From Proteromonas lacertae (lineage: Eukaryota): DNA of 40,493 nucleotides. Below, in pieces: positions 12,736 to 29,883 of the stretch. The first letter of the stretch is position 1; every line of letters begins with the position of its first letter. Under the pieces are notes generated by a model. It was not told where the DNA came from, did no database searches, and saw nothing but the letters and a program-made list of their open reading frames with translations. A program made the position numbers and the translations under genes. The stretch is from positions 1-40,493 of the forward strand of contig NGBS01000343.1 of the NCBI GenBank assembly GCA_002245135.1, in the 5' to 3' direction.

Positions 12736-13507
12736 ATGACATATGTGAATTTGAATAAAATTATCCATCAAGTTTACAGACCTGTATGGCGTTTAGTTGA
12801 TGCTGAAAATTATGTAAAGATATTTTATGTTATTTGTTTAGATTTGTGGTAGACTTGCATGCAATTTATGTACAATACTCACAGGAAAATATAAGCCAAT
12901 ATATGACCCTTCTAATGTTGAAGGAGGCGATCATATTGTTGTTATTAATTGTAAGAATGTAGCCTATGCTAAGCCTACATTTAACAATAAAGTTTATTAT
13001 TCACATTCACAATACCCAGGAGGACTGAAAAAAGTAACAATACAAGTATAATTTATCAAATTATATAATCAATAGGATTTAATAAAGAAGGATCCATGTG
13101 AACCACTAAGACGTGCTGTATATGGTATGTTACCTAGAAATAGAGTATATATATATATATAATCTATAATTTGTTAGTTGAGAAGAGTATTTATGTCAAG
13201 GCTTCATTTATATGCTGATGGAAAACATCCCCATATTGCTCAACTACCATTAGATACACCACCATTCATAGAAGCGCAAAAGAAAACAGAAGGTGTTAAT
13301 GAATGGCAGACTTTACAATTTCCTGGCATTGATAATTGGCCTGAAGATTTTGGTGAAGTTGTTTATCAATTTGATACATTTGAAAAAGGTAAAAAGTCAG
13401 AATTTGATATTATTGATTTTAACAAGTTACATAAAGAGTATGAAGCTAAGAGAAATATGAAAAAGAATGAAGTAGAAGCAGATAATAAGAAAAAAAGTAA
13501 GAAATAA
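12736..13507 (+). CDS. MRPL13: Mitochondrial-type (bacterial-like) ribosomal protein uL13, 4 exons
   Basis: Introns 12814-12841, 13046-13075 and 13145-13177. The spliced product reads WRLVDAENYICGRLA...GKYKPIYDP...GDHIVVIN...YYSHSQYPGGLK...RRAVYGMLPRNRLRR...RLHLY...HPH, which is diagnostic of uL13. Confidence 0.95.
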
Positions 13508-13629
13508 TGAATATTTATTGGTTTTTATTAATTGTGTATAATTTGTGGAGATATGTATAAATTCTAACATATAAACAAAAAAAAAATACGACAATTAATT
13601 CTTATATCTACTTATTTTAAACATCTATT

Positions 13630-15505
13630 CTACTTTATATCTCTTTTAATAATTGGTTGAACTTCTTTATCTTTGTCTTGATTCCATAATGCTAAAGAAT
13701 CGTGTTTTGTACTAATATACTTATGAGTAAACTTATCTTTAGTCAATATACAAGCTGATGGATTTCTTTTTTCTTTTACACTAAGTTTTCTAGCAGAAGG
13801 AGAGTTAATATCATGTAAAGAAATTCTACTTTTTGAACTATTTCTTTTATTATATGCTGAACTAGAATGTCTTCTACTTCTTGATCTATGAGATGAATAT
13901 CTATCTTTATTATTATTAGCAGCACCATATTCGTCACTTCTTTCATATGACAGCATGGAATCAAAACTATTATTTACATGAAGTGGATATGATTCAATTG
14001 GAAATAAAAATGTGGTATACATTGATAATAATAGAGAAAGACTTAAATTAGAAATATATAATGGAAAATTATCTCCACAATAAATATGATTAAATGAGCA
14101 TCCAAATGTTATAATAATTGAAGCAATATATAAAGGTTGAGGTATTTTTGAATTTAATTTTGATCTAAATATATGATGAAATACCATTCTGAATAAGCAT
14201 ATTGAACTACTCAAATATATTACACATCTAATTAAATAGGGTGAATAATATAGAAATGATATAACTGGATAAAAGAATGATAAAATGAATAATAGAACAA
14301 ATGCACAAATTAATTCATACAAATTCAATTTATTCTTTTCATTGTTAGTATAATTTGAATTACAGTAAAAACCTAAAGTAACTGAAGAAATTGTACAAGG
14401 AATTAAACCTAAAAGAGAAAATAAAACCATCAATATTCCATCAACTATACAATATCTCGAAAATACTTTTAGATTAAATATAGAATCTTTGGTAGATAAT
14501 TGATGAATGTATAAACAAAACAAATTTGATAAAATATGAACAATGGAATAGACAACTATTACAAACAAGCATTTCCAATTGTAATGGAAGAATTGTGTTA
14601 TATTATTCTTGCTTCTAGATGTATAACTTAGAATTGTATTATTAACATCTAATTTGTATATATCACTTTGATAATAATTATTATCTCCATAATACTCATT
14701 AATTCCACCAATTCTATCAACAATTAAACATAATATATAGGTAACTATAACTGTTATTAATGGAGAATAATTTGTTAAAATATTATAACACGATGTTCGA
14801 CATATTACTAAAACCGTAACAATAATTAGAATCAGTATTAAATTCTTCATATTATAGTTGATAAATATATACGAAATATCTGATGCATCAATATCACTAT
14901 CTGCTATAATACTTTTATCATTAACAGATGCCGCTATTGTTGGATATACTGCATATCTTAATTCATGAAACGCTAATACAATAGCCAGACTGATCAATAT
15001 TTCCACTCTAAATAGTATTGAATGAGGTGATAAATAATATGACAAATAAAACATTATTCCAAATATTATAATAACTATACCACATACACAAATACCTAAC
15101 TTTATTTCAGAAAATATATATTCAGATGACATAATTTTGGTATTTTCACTATTTCTTATAGAATATAAAGCTGTAATACTCCTAATTAAACACACATTAG
15201 GAGCTAATATCAAATATCGAATATGTGGTAAGAAATAATTCAGAATAACAGTATATATAATAGTAGATATTATCATTACAGGAATATCTACAAAAATAAG
15301 TGGATTTGTTGGAATAAAACATGTTAGAATAACAAAAAATGTTTGTAGTATTGATAAATAACCTATATTCTATAATAAATTAAAGAATACTGTGATAATC
15401 ACTTAACCACATAGAAAATGTCTTCTTTTTATCTGATTTCTTCACTGCTGATGGATTTACTATATTCTCAATATCATCAAAGTGTAATCCTGATGCTGAT
15501 CTCAT
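13630..15505 (-). CDS. Multi-pass membrane transporter, divergent NCS2/SLC23 nucleobase-ascorbate-like
   Basis: About 12 hydrophobic segments. IVDGILMVLFSLLGLIPCTISSVTLG resembles the NAT region DGlxxxlxglfGxxPxTxys. A short first exon from ATG 15505 precedes one intron. The membrane-protein call is firmer than the family call. Confidence 0.6.
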
Positions 15506-15650
15506 AATAATAATGTTTTTATAAAGAATGAAACGAATTATGAAACGAATAATTTATTTGAACAGCTAATTCTTATGTATATTATCAGTTGAGAATAATA
15601 ATATTTTCAACTCATTTATAATTTAAAAATATTAATAATAATAGTAAAAT

Positions 15651-18019
<2,369 letters not shown>

Positions 18020-18178
18020 TAGAAAAAAGAGATGAAACAAAGAATAGGCTTGACCTAACAAACTCAATTTTATTTTGAATTTTTCTACTATTTTTGTAAA
18101 AGAATAGTTATCATCCTTAGTATTACACAATTAAATCCTATAGAAACATTTGCAAATAATAAAAAAAAAAAAAAAGTC

Positions 18179-18919
18179 TTAATCTGTTTTATACTTTCCA
18201 TTTTCGTCAGGAATAGCCTCTTCTGGTATATTCTCCTCTTTAGGTGTTTCGCCATCAGATTCGCTTGTACTTCCTGAAGAACTTCCTGATTCTTCACCCT
18301 CTTCTTTAATTTGTTGATTTTCATCAACAGGTGATTGAGCAATATTCTCAGTTTGTTGTAATTTAATATTGTTCATTACTTGTGGATTTTCATCTTCATC
18401 ATCTTCGTCTTTCTCATTACATCCTTCATAGATTATCAAAATGATCAATACAAGCAACACTATACCAACAAATATAAACACCAAAGATATGGGGTAATTC
18501 TTTACAATCATTCTATATATCTTATGAATAAATCCAGAGGAATTTGGTTTAATATCACCTAAATGAATAAAAAAACAAGAAATACTATTAGTAGAAGAAG
18601 TAGAAGAAGAAGAAGAAGAAGAAACAGATTTTTTATTTGATTTTATTGATTTTAATTTTTTGATAATTTTTTTAGGTTTCATATTATATATACCATTTGC
18701 AATGGCATTTAAGAAAGATTCCATTTCATCTAATTCATCAACTTCTGGATCTTCATAAAACTTATTATTCTAATTAAATATATTAATAATAAATATATAT
18801 ATGTACATTTGAATCTAATATAATTAATTTCGGTAAATGACTTGTTTCAACATTGAATTGATCTAAAAATGATTCATATGTTATAGCATCCATCATTGCA
18901 AATGAATATAACTTTCTAG

Positions 18920-18955
<36 letters not shown>

Positions 18956-19923
18956 AATAAATTATAAAAATTAAATTATACCTTTGATGTTAATTTATTT
19001 GAATTAATTAAATTATGAAAGAATTGTTTCATTTCTTTATTCACTTTAGCCATTGTTGGATCTATACACATTATGGCTGTTAATTTATTCTCTTGTGTAA
19101 CATATGCTTTAAAATTATGTCCTTCTAATGTTGGAACTTCACTGTATTGATTATTCTGAATCCATTTTAACATATCTTCTCTTGTATGGTTTTGTGGTGA
19201 TAATTTATTATGTATTGTACCATCTGAATATATGGATAATATTGTATAAGATGGTTTTGAAGAGGATATTTTGTTTATTAAAGTTGTATCTGTCGTAAAT
19301 CCAAAGTCTATATATACAGCATAATCATCAGCTATTGAACGATAGATTTCCTCTTGTTCATGTACTAATTGTGTATCTGCTGCTTTTGTGAAGATAAAAC
19401 CTGCTTCTTGAATATTACGAAGGAATAGTGAATAATTATTCTCATTCACTAAAGATACTGGATCTCCTATTTATATATACATATATAGATATAGATATAC
19501 TTGCTGCTCTAGTGCAATAGGAAATAATGGCACTTAAACTCCTACCTCCTTTGTATGGCTTTACATTACCATCTTTTGAAAAGAATACTGTTGGAAAACC
19601 CTTCACATTATATCTATCTCTTAATTTCTTTTGAGTAGTAACATCTACAGTTCCAACATGAATATTTCTTGGTCTTAAGGTGTAAGAAGCATGATTTACT
19701 GTAGGTAACAATTGTTTGCAATGTGGACACCATGGCTATAACATATGATAAATTTTACTTTCATACTGCATGAAAAACAAGCAACCAACTATCTTTGGCA
19801 ATTTTTTTATCGAAGTCTTCTTCAGTTAGTTCTTCAGTTTGTGCATCTATACGACAATAATTCAATAGTTATACTTATGAAAATAAATAAGAAAATAAAG
19901 ATTAGTATTGAATTGAATTTCAT
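18179..19923 (-). CDS. PDI-family transmembrane thioredoxin (TMX3-like), multi-exon
   Basis: Signal peptide MKFNSILIFIFLFIFI, spliced active site APWCPHCKQL, YNVKGFPT, a C-terminal TM helix and an acidic tail. Confidence 0.88.
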
Positions 19924-20344
19924 CGTTTTTAATCAAAAAAGCTTGAATCAATAGTTTGATGAAACGAATAAATATTTCATGTTTTAAAAAACACACAACA
20001 TATTATGTATATATTATACTTATCATAACTATTATTTGTTCAATTAAACAATTAATAAAAAAAATATGTGAATTTGAAATGAAAAGCAATGTACAACCTA
20101 ATTTTTATAATTTTATAGTAATATATCTCTCCTTTGACATCTTGGCTGTATAACAATTTCAAAATTTACATGATATCCAATTATTAAAAATTTCAATTTT
20201 TAGAATCAAGCCTTCAAGCTAAACTAAACATTAAATTAGAAATTTTTAAGGTGTTCTAATTTAATATTTAAGGATTTTGCAATTTCTTCGTTATACACAT
20301 TTGATCTTATTTTTGTTGATTATTAGTATTTATTTATAAACACA

Positions 20345-20966
20345 ATGTCGGAACAACATGCTGATGTGTGGGTTGATGGACCAAAACCTGTTGATAAAGT
20401 AGAATATTTGCATTGCTATGTTTTGAATAGGAAATTGATCCAAGAAAGAACTATGTCTCTTCATTCAAAAAAGAGGGAGTTGGAAAGATAATAGCTAAGT
20501 ATATACCTGTGTGTTATTCTTTATAGAACTAAAGTTAAAGCAACTTGGAATGTAATAATAGAAGGTGTAGAACATGTGGTTGTTGCTTATCACAGCCAAG
20601 TAACAGGCAAAAAATCTGTCTTATTAGACTCAGAAGTATATTATGAAGATCAGGATATGTCATACTTTGGCATTGACTACGAATTTACTAATAAAGTAGA
20701 AGGAAGAAAAATAGGTGTTACTGCTGAATCTACAGGAGTAGGATGGAAATATGAATTGTATATTGATGGATATTCAATGGAAAAGCTAAACCAAAAGAGG
20801 TATTTAATATATTCTATTCTGTTATAGAGCAAACTTGACTGTACAAGCTCCTACTACTACAGCCGTGCAAGCTGATGCTGATAGACGTGGAACAGTGGCA
20901 GATGTGGAGAGTGAAAGTGAAGAAGAAGATGATGATGAAGATGAAGAAGAAGAAGAAGCTGTGTGA
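20345..20966 (+). CDS. FAIM (Fas apoptotic inhibitory molecule)-domain protein, paralog 1
   Basis: WNVIIEGVEHVVVAYHSQVTGKKSVLLD...GWKYELYIDGYSM matches the FAIM pattern H-x-x-x-SGKRxxxxDG...YxLxIdG. Short introns and an acidic tail. Confidence 0.75.
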
Positions 20967-21209
20967 TTATTTTATTTTTTGTATTATATGGTTGTTTGAA
21001 TTATGTCTAAATAATATATATAACTGTATTATAGAAAATGTGATTTGTTTGAACAAAAATATATTCGTTGTGAGGCTCAAGTTTTTGGTTTGAGTCAGTT
21101 TTTATCAAAAATTTAGAATTCTTTTTTATTCTATAAACAACTGATATAACTAAATGTACAAATTATTCCTTTTAATTATTTGAGTTATTATTTTATAATT
21201 TAATAGATA

Positions 21210-21841
21210 ATGGCAGATAAGGATACGAAAAAAGAAGATGTGTGGAATGGAAACAAGGATATAGCAGATGCAGTCAATATAGCAGTATAGTGTTTATCTA
21301 TTATTTAACAGGATATTGATCCGTTACGTAACTACCAAGTGTCATATCGTGAAGAAAAAGTGGGACGAATTGTAAAAAGGTATTAATAATTAATATAAAT
21401 ATTTATTTATCTAGTTCAAAGATGAAAATTACTTTTGAACTTGTAATTGAAGGTAAAGAACATACAATAGCTGTATATCACAGTAAAGTTACTGCTAAGA
21501 AAGTTATTTTACTTGATGGTGAAGTTATGTATGATACTCAAGATATGGTTGATATTGGTTTAGATTATGATTTCCCAGGTACTATTGAAGGACATAAAAT
21601 ATCAGTACAGATCATTGATCAATTTGGTTGGAAATATGAAATATTAATTGATAGAGTTTCTATGTCACAACTTGCTGAAAAGAGAATGAAATCAGCAACA
21701 CAAGCTACAGTAGCTACAACCACTGTACCACCAGCAGCAGCAGTAGCAACTACATCAAAAGCTGTAGAACCAGATGCTGAAGATGAAGATGATGATGAAA
21801 ATAGTTCTTCTTCTTCAGATGAAGAAGAAGTGACAAATTAA
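21210..21841 (+). CDS. FAIM-domain protein, paralog 2
   Basis: FELVIEGKEHTIAVYHSKVTAKKVILLDGE...GWKYEILIDRVSM aligns by eye with paralog 1. Confidence 0.75.
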
Positions 21842-21851
21842 TCTATTTAAA

Positions 21852-21859
21852 TGTTTGTT
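21852..21859 (+). promoter_or_regulatory. TGTTTGTT motif just 3' of a stop codon; candidate Blastocystis-type polyadenylation signal
   Basis: The exact octamer starts 11 nt after the end of the TAA at 21839-21841. This is the only gene-end instance I found. Confidence 0.4.
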
Positions 21860-21970
21860 CATTTGTTTTTAATTGTTTTACTTTTTTTTTGTAAGTTTTG
21901 TTATTAATAACAAATAAATAAATTCTATTACAAAACAAATAGTATATTTCATTAAAAAAAAATGATTTAA

Positions 21971-24900
21971 CTACACTACACCTTTATATTTATAATATTT
22001 CTCATATTCACTATGATATTTTCTATAAATAAATCTTTCTGATGGATTTAAAGTAACAAACAGTTGTTGTAATTCATATTTTGTTGATGAATCAAACAAT
22101 ATATTAATAGATGGTGTTAATAGTATTTTAATATCATTCGATACAGATGGTTTATCAAATAAATGGATAATATCACCCATTATATAATTCACATAATGAT
22201 TTATATTCTGCGGATTCTGTTTACACAGTAATTCAATGATGTAATTAATATCATTAGCTAATAATTCACTGTTGTATTCAATTTGATATAATGTTTGACA
22301 AGGATATATTAATAATGTATGAATCATTGAACGGATTATTGTTATTAATAAACAATAGATTTTGGAGGTAATATCAGGATAATGAGATAAAATCATTGTT
22401 AGTAATTTAGTAAAATATTTTGTTAGACTAAGTGGAACAAATACACCAGATCTATATAAATATAAACAGCAATAATACTTCATTTCATATATTATTTTCT
22501 TTTTATTATCTTTATCTATTTGTTGGTTGCTATTATTGAATGAAGTATTTGTTATTGGGATTAATACATTATTTATTGTCATAATTATTCCAATATCACT
22601 TGCTTCGATTGGTAATAACTTGTATTTTGATAATACTATAATGTGAAAAAAAAAATAAAAGATATATACTGGATGTTAAAGACACTATGTTATACTGTAA
22701 GAATAACAGTATCATCTTATACTCTTCATCATCTACAAATTGTCTTGTTTTGGGGATTACAGATAAGAATTGATTCAGTAAAAAAAAGAATTAAGATAAT
22801 AACTAAATTATAATATTCATTCATAAAGTAAAAAAAAGATATCTATCAGCTTGATTAAAATTCCATAACATTTTACTAACACTTGACTTTTCTTTGTTGT
22901 ATCTTTAATAGTAATGTGAATTACATGCACAAAGTATAATATTATTATTTTATCCATGTATGGTTTTGATATTAATATACTCAAAAACTCATTTAATAAC
23001 TTTCTAAACAAATTTGGGGTAGATTTTGTAATGAAATAATAAAAACAATCACTTAATAAATGAACTTCTTCACTTTCTATCTTTCCTTCAATATTATCAA
23101 TGAATTTATTCGATTTATAACTCTCAAACAACAGTTTGAATAAATTCATATAGCTTTCTTCATTCAATGATTCATATAATAATCTGAATGTCAAACAATG
23201 AGTATGTAACAACTTTATCGATAAAATATTTGTATCTATTCATATTTATAATAATAATAATAATAATAATATATATATATATATATATATATGTACAATT
23301 CGATTGAATGTATGAGTAAATAACATCATTTATATCTCTTCGGTAATATCTTTGAAATATCAATCTTTTCATCATCATTTTCATATACCATATTAGTATT
23401 TTCTGATTTAATAATGAATTGATAAAGGTAAAACCAGTTTATTATGATATAATATAACTCATTATTACTATCTATCTTCTTTGATAATAATAACTGAGAT
23501 AAACTACTGAAAAATGTTGTTAAACTTTTATCAAAATTTAATGTGTCATTACTATCATTTTCATTCTTTGATCTGATAGTATAAGATATTAATATGCTGT
23601 ATATAATATTATCAATATGACTAAATATATTATGATCTGTTAGATTATTTGACAAGTAAATAAAATATGAATGATAGATTGAGATTGATTTTGATTGGTT
23701 AATCTCTAATAGGATGTAATATTTTCCTAATAATAAGTATAATTCATTAATTAGGTGGTTAATCATTTCATTATTCATACTATTCACTAGTTTGTAGTTG
23801 AAATTGATAAATGAAGCTAATTCATGAGTTTCAAAATAATTTAGAAACAATAATGGATTTTGTGATAGAATATGAAGAAAATATCTGTATATATGTGTAT
23901 ATAAATTGCTATTCTGCATTAATTCATCTTTCTTTATCTTTGAATTGAAGATATTAGAATCAAACAAACTATTATATAAAATGAGTAGATAAATATACAT
24001 TTGATTTATTTCTTCAATTGTATCTTCTTTAATATAACCACTTGGTAATGATGTTAAATATGATAGAATAGACTGCAGATTGTTTTTATAGTTATTGATG
24101 TTTTTCTTTATTAATTCAACAAAATATTCGTTACTATATTCTTTTATTTCATATTGTTCATAGAATAATGCATTTTTCAATAATTGACATCTTATACATT
24201 CTCTATATATCATTATAAATATAATGAATAATTAATACTCTATATTCTGATGATCTGATAAACATAGTGGTAATGAATAAAACCATTCGACAAATTTATG
24301 AATAGATTCAGTGGAAAGATATTTAGTAATAAGCGGAAAATACTGTAAAAACAACATCCAATTAGATGATAAACAATTCTTACACTATACAAATACAATG
24401 ATCATTATAAAATAATACTTCGTTTATATAGACACTAATGATTTGATTTGATAGTTTCTGTGCTTCTTTAATACTCTTTTTATGTACTTTATCAGGTACA
24501 TCTGCAATAGAATATGTGAAGTGATTCAAAAATTCAATTCCTTGAAATAACAGTGTTAATACAATAAACTGATTATAATCTCTAAATGTCAAACATAAAT
24601 CATAAAAGTTAATATGCTCAGATATTTTGTACAACTCTGAATCTGAAGGAATTGATTGTTTATATGGAAAACCAGTATAGATTTCTATCTTATTCTTTAG
24701 TGAATGAACTCCAGTGATTAAATATAAATTCATAAAAACTAAATTATATTCATCACTATCTCTTTTTAAGTTCATTATATCTGAAGGTGTATTGAAGTTT
24801 ATGGATATTACTTTTTCATATAATGTATCTATTTTTGATAATATATTTCTACAATTATGTTCAGTTATTAACACATTTTCCATAATTAACAAATATATTT

Positions 24901-26627
24901 CTGTCATATCTTTAATACTATTGAAATTCTTATTATCTATTGAATTTACTAATACTTCTAAACCTTTATCAAATAATACTGGAATTTGATTGGGTGAGAT
25001 TTCTCTAATTATTTTCTTTATCACTTTCTTAATCTCATTTGATGTATATAATATAGACAATGAATTAGTCATTGATGCTTCATATAAGAATGAAATCATA
25101 TCTGGAAATCTTCTCAATTTACCAAATACATCTAAAACTGTGACTATATTATCAACATTATTATATTTCCAAAAATATTTATTCCATTCATCTCTCTTTT
25201 CTTCATATAATTGATAGTTTAACTGACATAATAACGATAATAATAGATGATCATTTTGTGGTTTAACTATCTCTAAATAGGTTAAATAATCATCTCTACA
25301 TTTTCTTAACTTTGATAATTCATATTCATTTATTTCATTTAAGGTGTAAATGTTATAAACATACAATCCATTTATTAAATATTCTATACTTCTCCATATA
25401 ATGAAATGATTATTCTTTTCTTTACTTATTTTTGTTGTTAAAATAGAATAAAGCTTTACAAAAAATGCAAATGAATGAGAGGTTTGAGAATCGGCTTGAG
25501 TAGAGGAAGAAGAAGCTTTTCTTTTTTGTGATAGTCCACTTTCAATTTTGATATTATTCTCATTTATTCTTTCAACATAAGCTTGAAATATTAATTTTAT
25601 TAATTGTGGAAATGATTTACTTTCATCATTTAACTCTAAACTCAATATTTTATCAAACAATTGATTTGAATGTGAGATAAACAAGGATGATTCTTTTTTA
25701 CTGTCTTTCTTTTCATCAATTTTCATTTTCTTATTCGATTTTATAGATACATCATAACTGAACAACAAATTATCATCAAATAATGTTGATTTGAATAAGT
25801 TTAATATTTCTTTATTTATATTTTCATTAATATCAATTATATATAATAAGTGTGGAATTAATGACAATATAAAATCAATTAATTTCTTCACATTTCCCAA
25901 TCTACGACATTCACTTATTATTGATGAAATAATAGAAACATAGAGTGATATGATCTTATTATTTTTATATGGATTAATATTTTGAGGTATGTACTTATAT
26001 TCTTCTGATAATTGATTTGAAATTGGATAAATCTCTATTAACACTTCTTTCAATAGTGATTTACATGCTTCTAAAGAGTATGTACCTAGCACTGAATATA
26101 TGGATGAACTAGTACGATATAATAATGAACAATATAATGATAATAAGTGGTAGGATAGGAGGGAAAAATCAGATGGAGTGAATTTTGTATGATTCTGGTA
26201 TATTGATAATAATGTAGCATTTAATGAATTTACTAATAATTTTGATGATGATTGAGATAATGGCTGCTGTTGTTGAGATTGTATTACTGTTATGTAGTGT
26301 ATGAATCTCCATATTTGATAGTTATATTTTGGAGAATCAGTACTATCATCATCATTAAATGCAGATGTAACCTTAATACACCTAATAAAACAAGATTAAC
26401 AAAAAACTATTAATTATATACCAATCAAGAATTCCATTTAGTGTAGATAGCGGAATGCTCTTTGATTTACTATTTTCTGATGTTATTAACCATTTATCTT
26501 CAGATAAATGAAGTAGTTCTGTAGCTATATCCAATTGAATCTAGTAATGTTATAAATATTGTTGCGCTTATACTAAATATTTATCTTTTTCTTCTCTAAT
26601 CTTTTTAAATATTGCTAATTTCGACAT
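21971..26627 (-). CDS. URB2: URB2/Npa2-like nucleolar pre-ribosomal protein, multi-exon
   Basis: Long helical protein ending IKILLTPSINILFD...ELQQLFVTLNPSERFIYRKYHSEYEKYYKYKGVV*, typical of the Urb2 C-terminal domain. Confidence 0.8.
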
Positions 26628-26718
26628 TATTCAAAATTCAAATGAAAAAGCTTGAAATGTTTGATTAAATTCTATTTTGATAAAATCCCAATAAAACACA
26701 ATTTAAATATTATATTTA

Positions 26719-29712
26719 CTATTTAACTTTTGGTTTAATCAAGTCTAAACTACCAGGTATGTACTGCCATATGCATTTATGTCCTTTCCATATATTAATG
26801 GGATGAAGGTAACAAACACTACAAATCTTCCTTTTGCACAAAGAAACATGAAGAGGCTTCATGCATATATAACTAGCAGGACAACGTTTACATTGATTAC
26901 AAAATCCTTCTTCTATCCAGTTCATTGGACAATCACCACTAAAATCAACGATTCTATGCATTTGAGACGAACCATTTTTGTGAATCTCTTCAGAACATTT
27001 AATACAAAATGAATCACCACAATTAGCACAAGATTTCTTTGCAAACTCTTTCTTACAAGATCCACACATGATACAATCCTTTGGAATATCAAATGATATC
27101 TTTGGACCAGAATAATTATAAAAATAATCAACATCTAATAAAACAACATAAAAAAAAATAATAATATACTCAAAACATTATCATGTCTTTGATACCATTT
27201 ATTTCTATAATTACAATCAAATACTCTACCAAATGTAAGTGGTTTAATATGTCTATATTTTCTAGTCTTTGTGTTGTAGTATTCTATATTCTTTGTTTCT
27301 TCATTGTAATCTTTGAATATGTATTGTCTCAATTCTTCTACCACTTTCTTTCTAACTACATAACCTCTCCATCTATTCATAATATAAACAATGATAATTA
27401 TTATACATTTTCTGAAGAGCAGTACATAACCATATTTTCATTTGTCTTTGTTTAAATATCGCTGTATTTTTAAACAACTTCTCTTCATCAGTTAGTTCTT
27501 TTCTATTCTTTTCAGCTTGTTCAAATTCTTCTCTTAATTCTTTCAATTTTATTGCCATTTGTTTGTTAATATAATCATCTGTTGCTTGGGTTATTGCATT
27601 TTCTAATTTCACTTTCTTTCCTCTCGCTGTTAAATCTTCAAAGAGAATATTTGCATTATTATTGATTAACGTTTGAACTTCCTTTTGTTTCATTAAATCA
27701 TACTATAAATAATAAAAATAAATAGAAATTTATACTCCTTCAAGATTTTGGGCTTTCAATAAATCCAAAATTTCCATTTTTACTTCCTGTAATGGTTTCT
27801 TTGTACTTTGTAACCATTCATTATATCTATTCTTATCTTCTGTTTGTTGTTTCAATTTGAACTCTTCCATTTCTCTATCCAATTCTTCTCTTTCTTTCTT
27901 TATTCTCTCTCTTCTTGCTGGCAATTTTTCAGTAAAATATTTCTCCCACTTTTCTTCTAATTCTCTTTGCTTTGCTTCTTCTTCACGTTTTAATTGAATA
28001 TCAAACTTTGCTTGAAATAGTTTTCTTCTATCAGCAAGTGTTTTAGCTTGTTGTTTTTCTTCTTTCCATTTTGCTAAATCTGCACTATTTGTACCAATAC
28101 CTCTTTTTGATTGAACTATCCTTTTAGCTTTAATACATCTCCAAAAACACTATTAAAGATAGAATTATGCATATATATATATATATATATATACTTGTAT
28201 TGTTAAAATTGCATTATTCTTTCTAATTTCTTTCTGTTTTTGTAATTTAATAGCATTTTCTTTAAACAAAGACTGCCAATGTTGAATTTCCATCTTCTTA
28301 TAATGTATTCGAGCAATAAACATTCTTAAATATTTCTCTATAATAATTGCTGCTTTTAATCTTCTTCTATTTATTTCCTTAAATCGAACTCTTGCTATAT
28401 AACCACGAAATACTGCTTGAATTCGAGTTGACATTATAATCATTCTCCTTTTATCAATATCAGTTTTTCTACCATAATAATAACCTCTAAATATCTTTTC
28501 TATTTTTACAGCATAGTAATATTTGACTACTTCAGATCTCCATTTATTCAATATCAATAATCGATTGTATTTACATATATTCTTATAAGCCCTTCTTAAT
28601 TTCCTTCTGTTTTTAACAATATACTTCCACCTTCCTATACATTCATGAATCATCATTTTTCTTTGGATTTCAAAGTTAATATTCAATTCTTTCAATTCCT
28701 TATATCTTTTTCTCGCATTTATTAGATATGATTGAAAGGGTCTTGGTAATAATGATTCTATTGATGAAATAAACTTGGTATCAATTTCTTTACCAATTAT
28801 TCTTTCTTCAAATTCTTCAGTTTTCATTAATGTTTGAAATAATCTCATATTTATCTTCTTTCTTCCTCTGAATGTCATTGGATTTACTTTATCTAATGTA
28901 TCATATATAAAATCTTCTAAAGTTTCAAGTTGGTATGTGTTTGAAGCAAAAACAGTAAAGATTTTGATTAAGTCGAAATTGTTTATATGATTCTTACATA
29001 CTTCATTCCTTACTGGTAATATTCCTTCACTTGCATATATGACGAAGAATTTATCAAATAATTGATATATATTTACATTTGGATTCTCCAATAAACTAAA
29101 TATTACAAATAAAAAATAGTAAAAATACTATAACATGCAAATCAACATTCTAAAATCCATTGTAGGTAGATTGTAATAATTGAAACTAGTATAAAGTTTA
29201 GGCAACATATCAATAATCTCAGGAGATAAATTTCTATATACATTCTGAGTTACACATATAAATTTAACTAAATTAATTTCACCATCTGGTGCTATATGAT
29301 ATAATCTTGTATAGTAATGTTGCCATTTTGTGCCTCTTCGACCTCCAACAGCAATGAACTATTCAAATAATAATAAAGGAATATATATACAAATTTATTT
29401 AAACAATCCCATCTACTATGATTCATCTGAAAGTTCATCATTTGCTTTTGTTTCTTTTCATATACTCTCTGGAAATGATTATCTATTTTCATCACATTTG
29501 TAGTATAAGCTTTTTCATTTGTTTTCTTAAGATTTTTTAAACTATAGATATGATAATAATGATATTAAATACTTAGTTTCACTAGATATCCATGTCCCAA
29601 CTCCACTACTACCTAATCTATTAATTGCACCTCTATCAATAGGCTTTTTAGTGTTAATAGTAGGTAGAGAATATGAATGAGGCATGTTTAATTTAGGTAC
29701 AGTATTACTCAT
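26719..29712 (-). CDS. IQ-motif coiled-coil protein with WW-like and C-terminal B-box-type zinc fingers, multi-exon
   Basis: IQ motifs IQAVFRGYIARVRF, IEKIFRGYYYGRK and IEKYLRMFIAR; EYYNTKTRKYRHIKP; CANCGDSFCIKCSEEIH...H. Confidence 0.8.
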
Positions 29713-29883
29713 TTACTTAATTACAAAGAAAAAAACAAAAAGAAAATTCTGAAACTGAATATGTTTGACGTAATTCAAACCTATTTTTATTTTTATGAAT
29801 TTGTAATTATTCAGCAAATATAATCAAATAAAAGCATTTGATCTGAATATAAAATCAACAAGTTATACATAATTAAATGCAAT

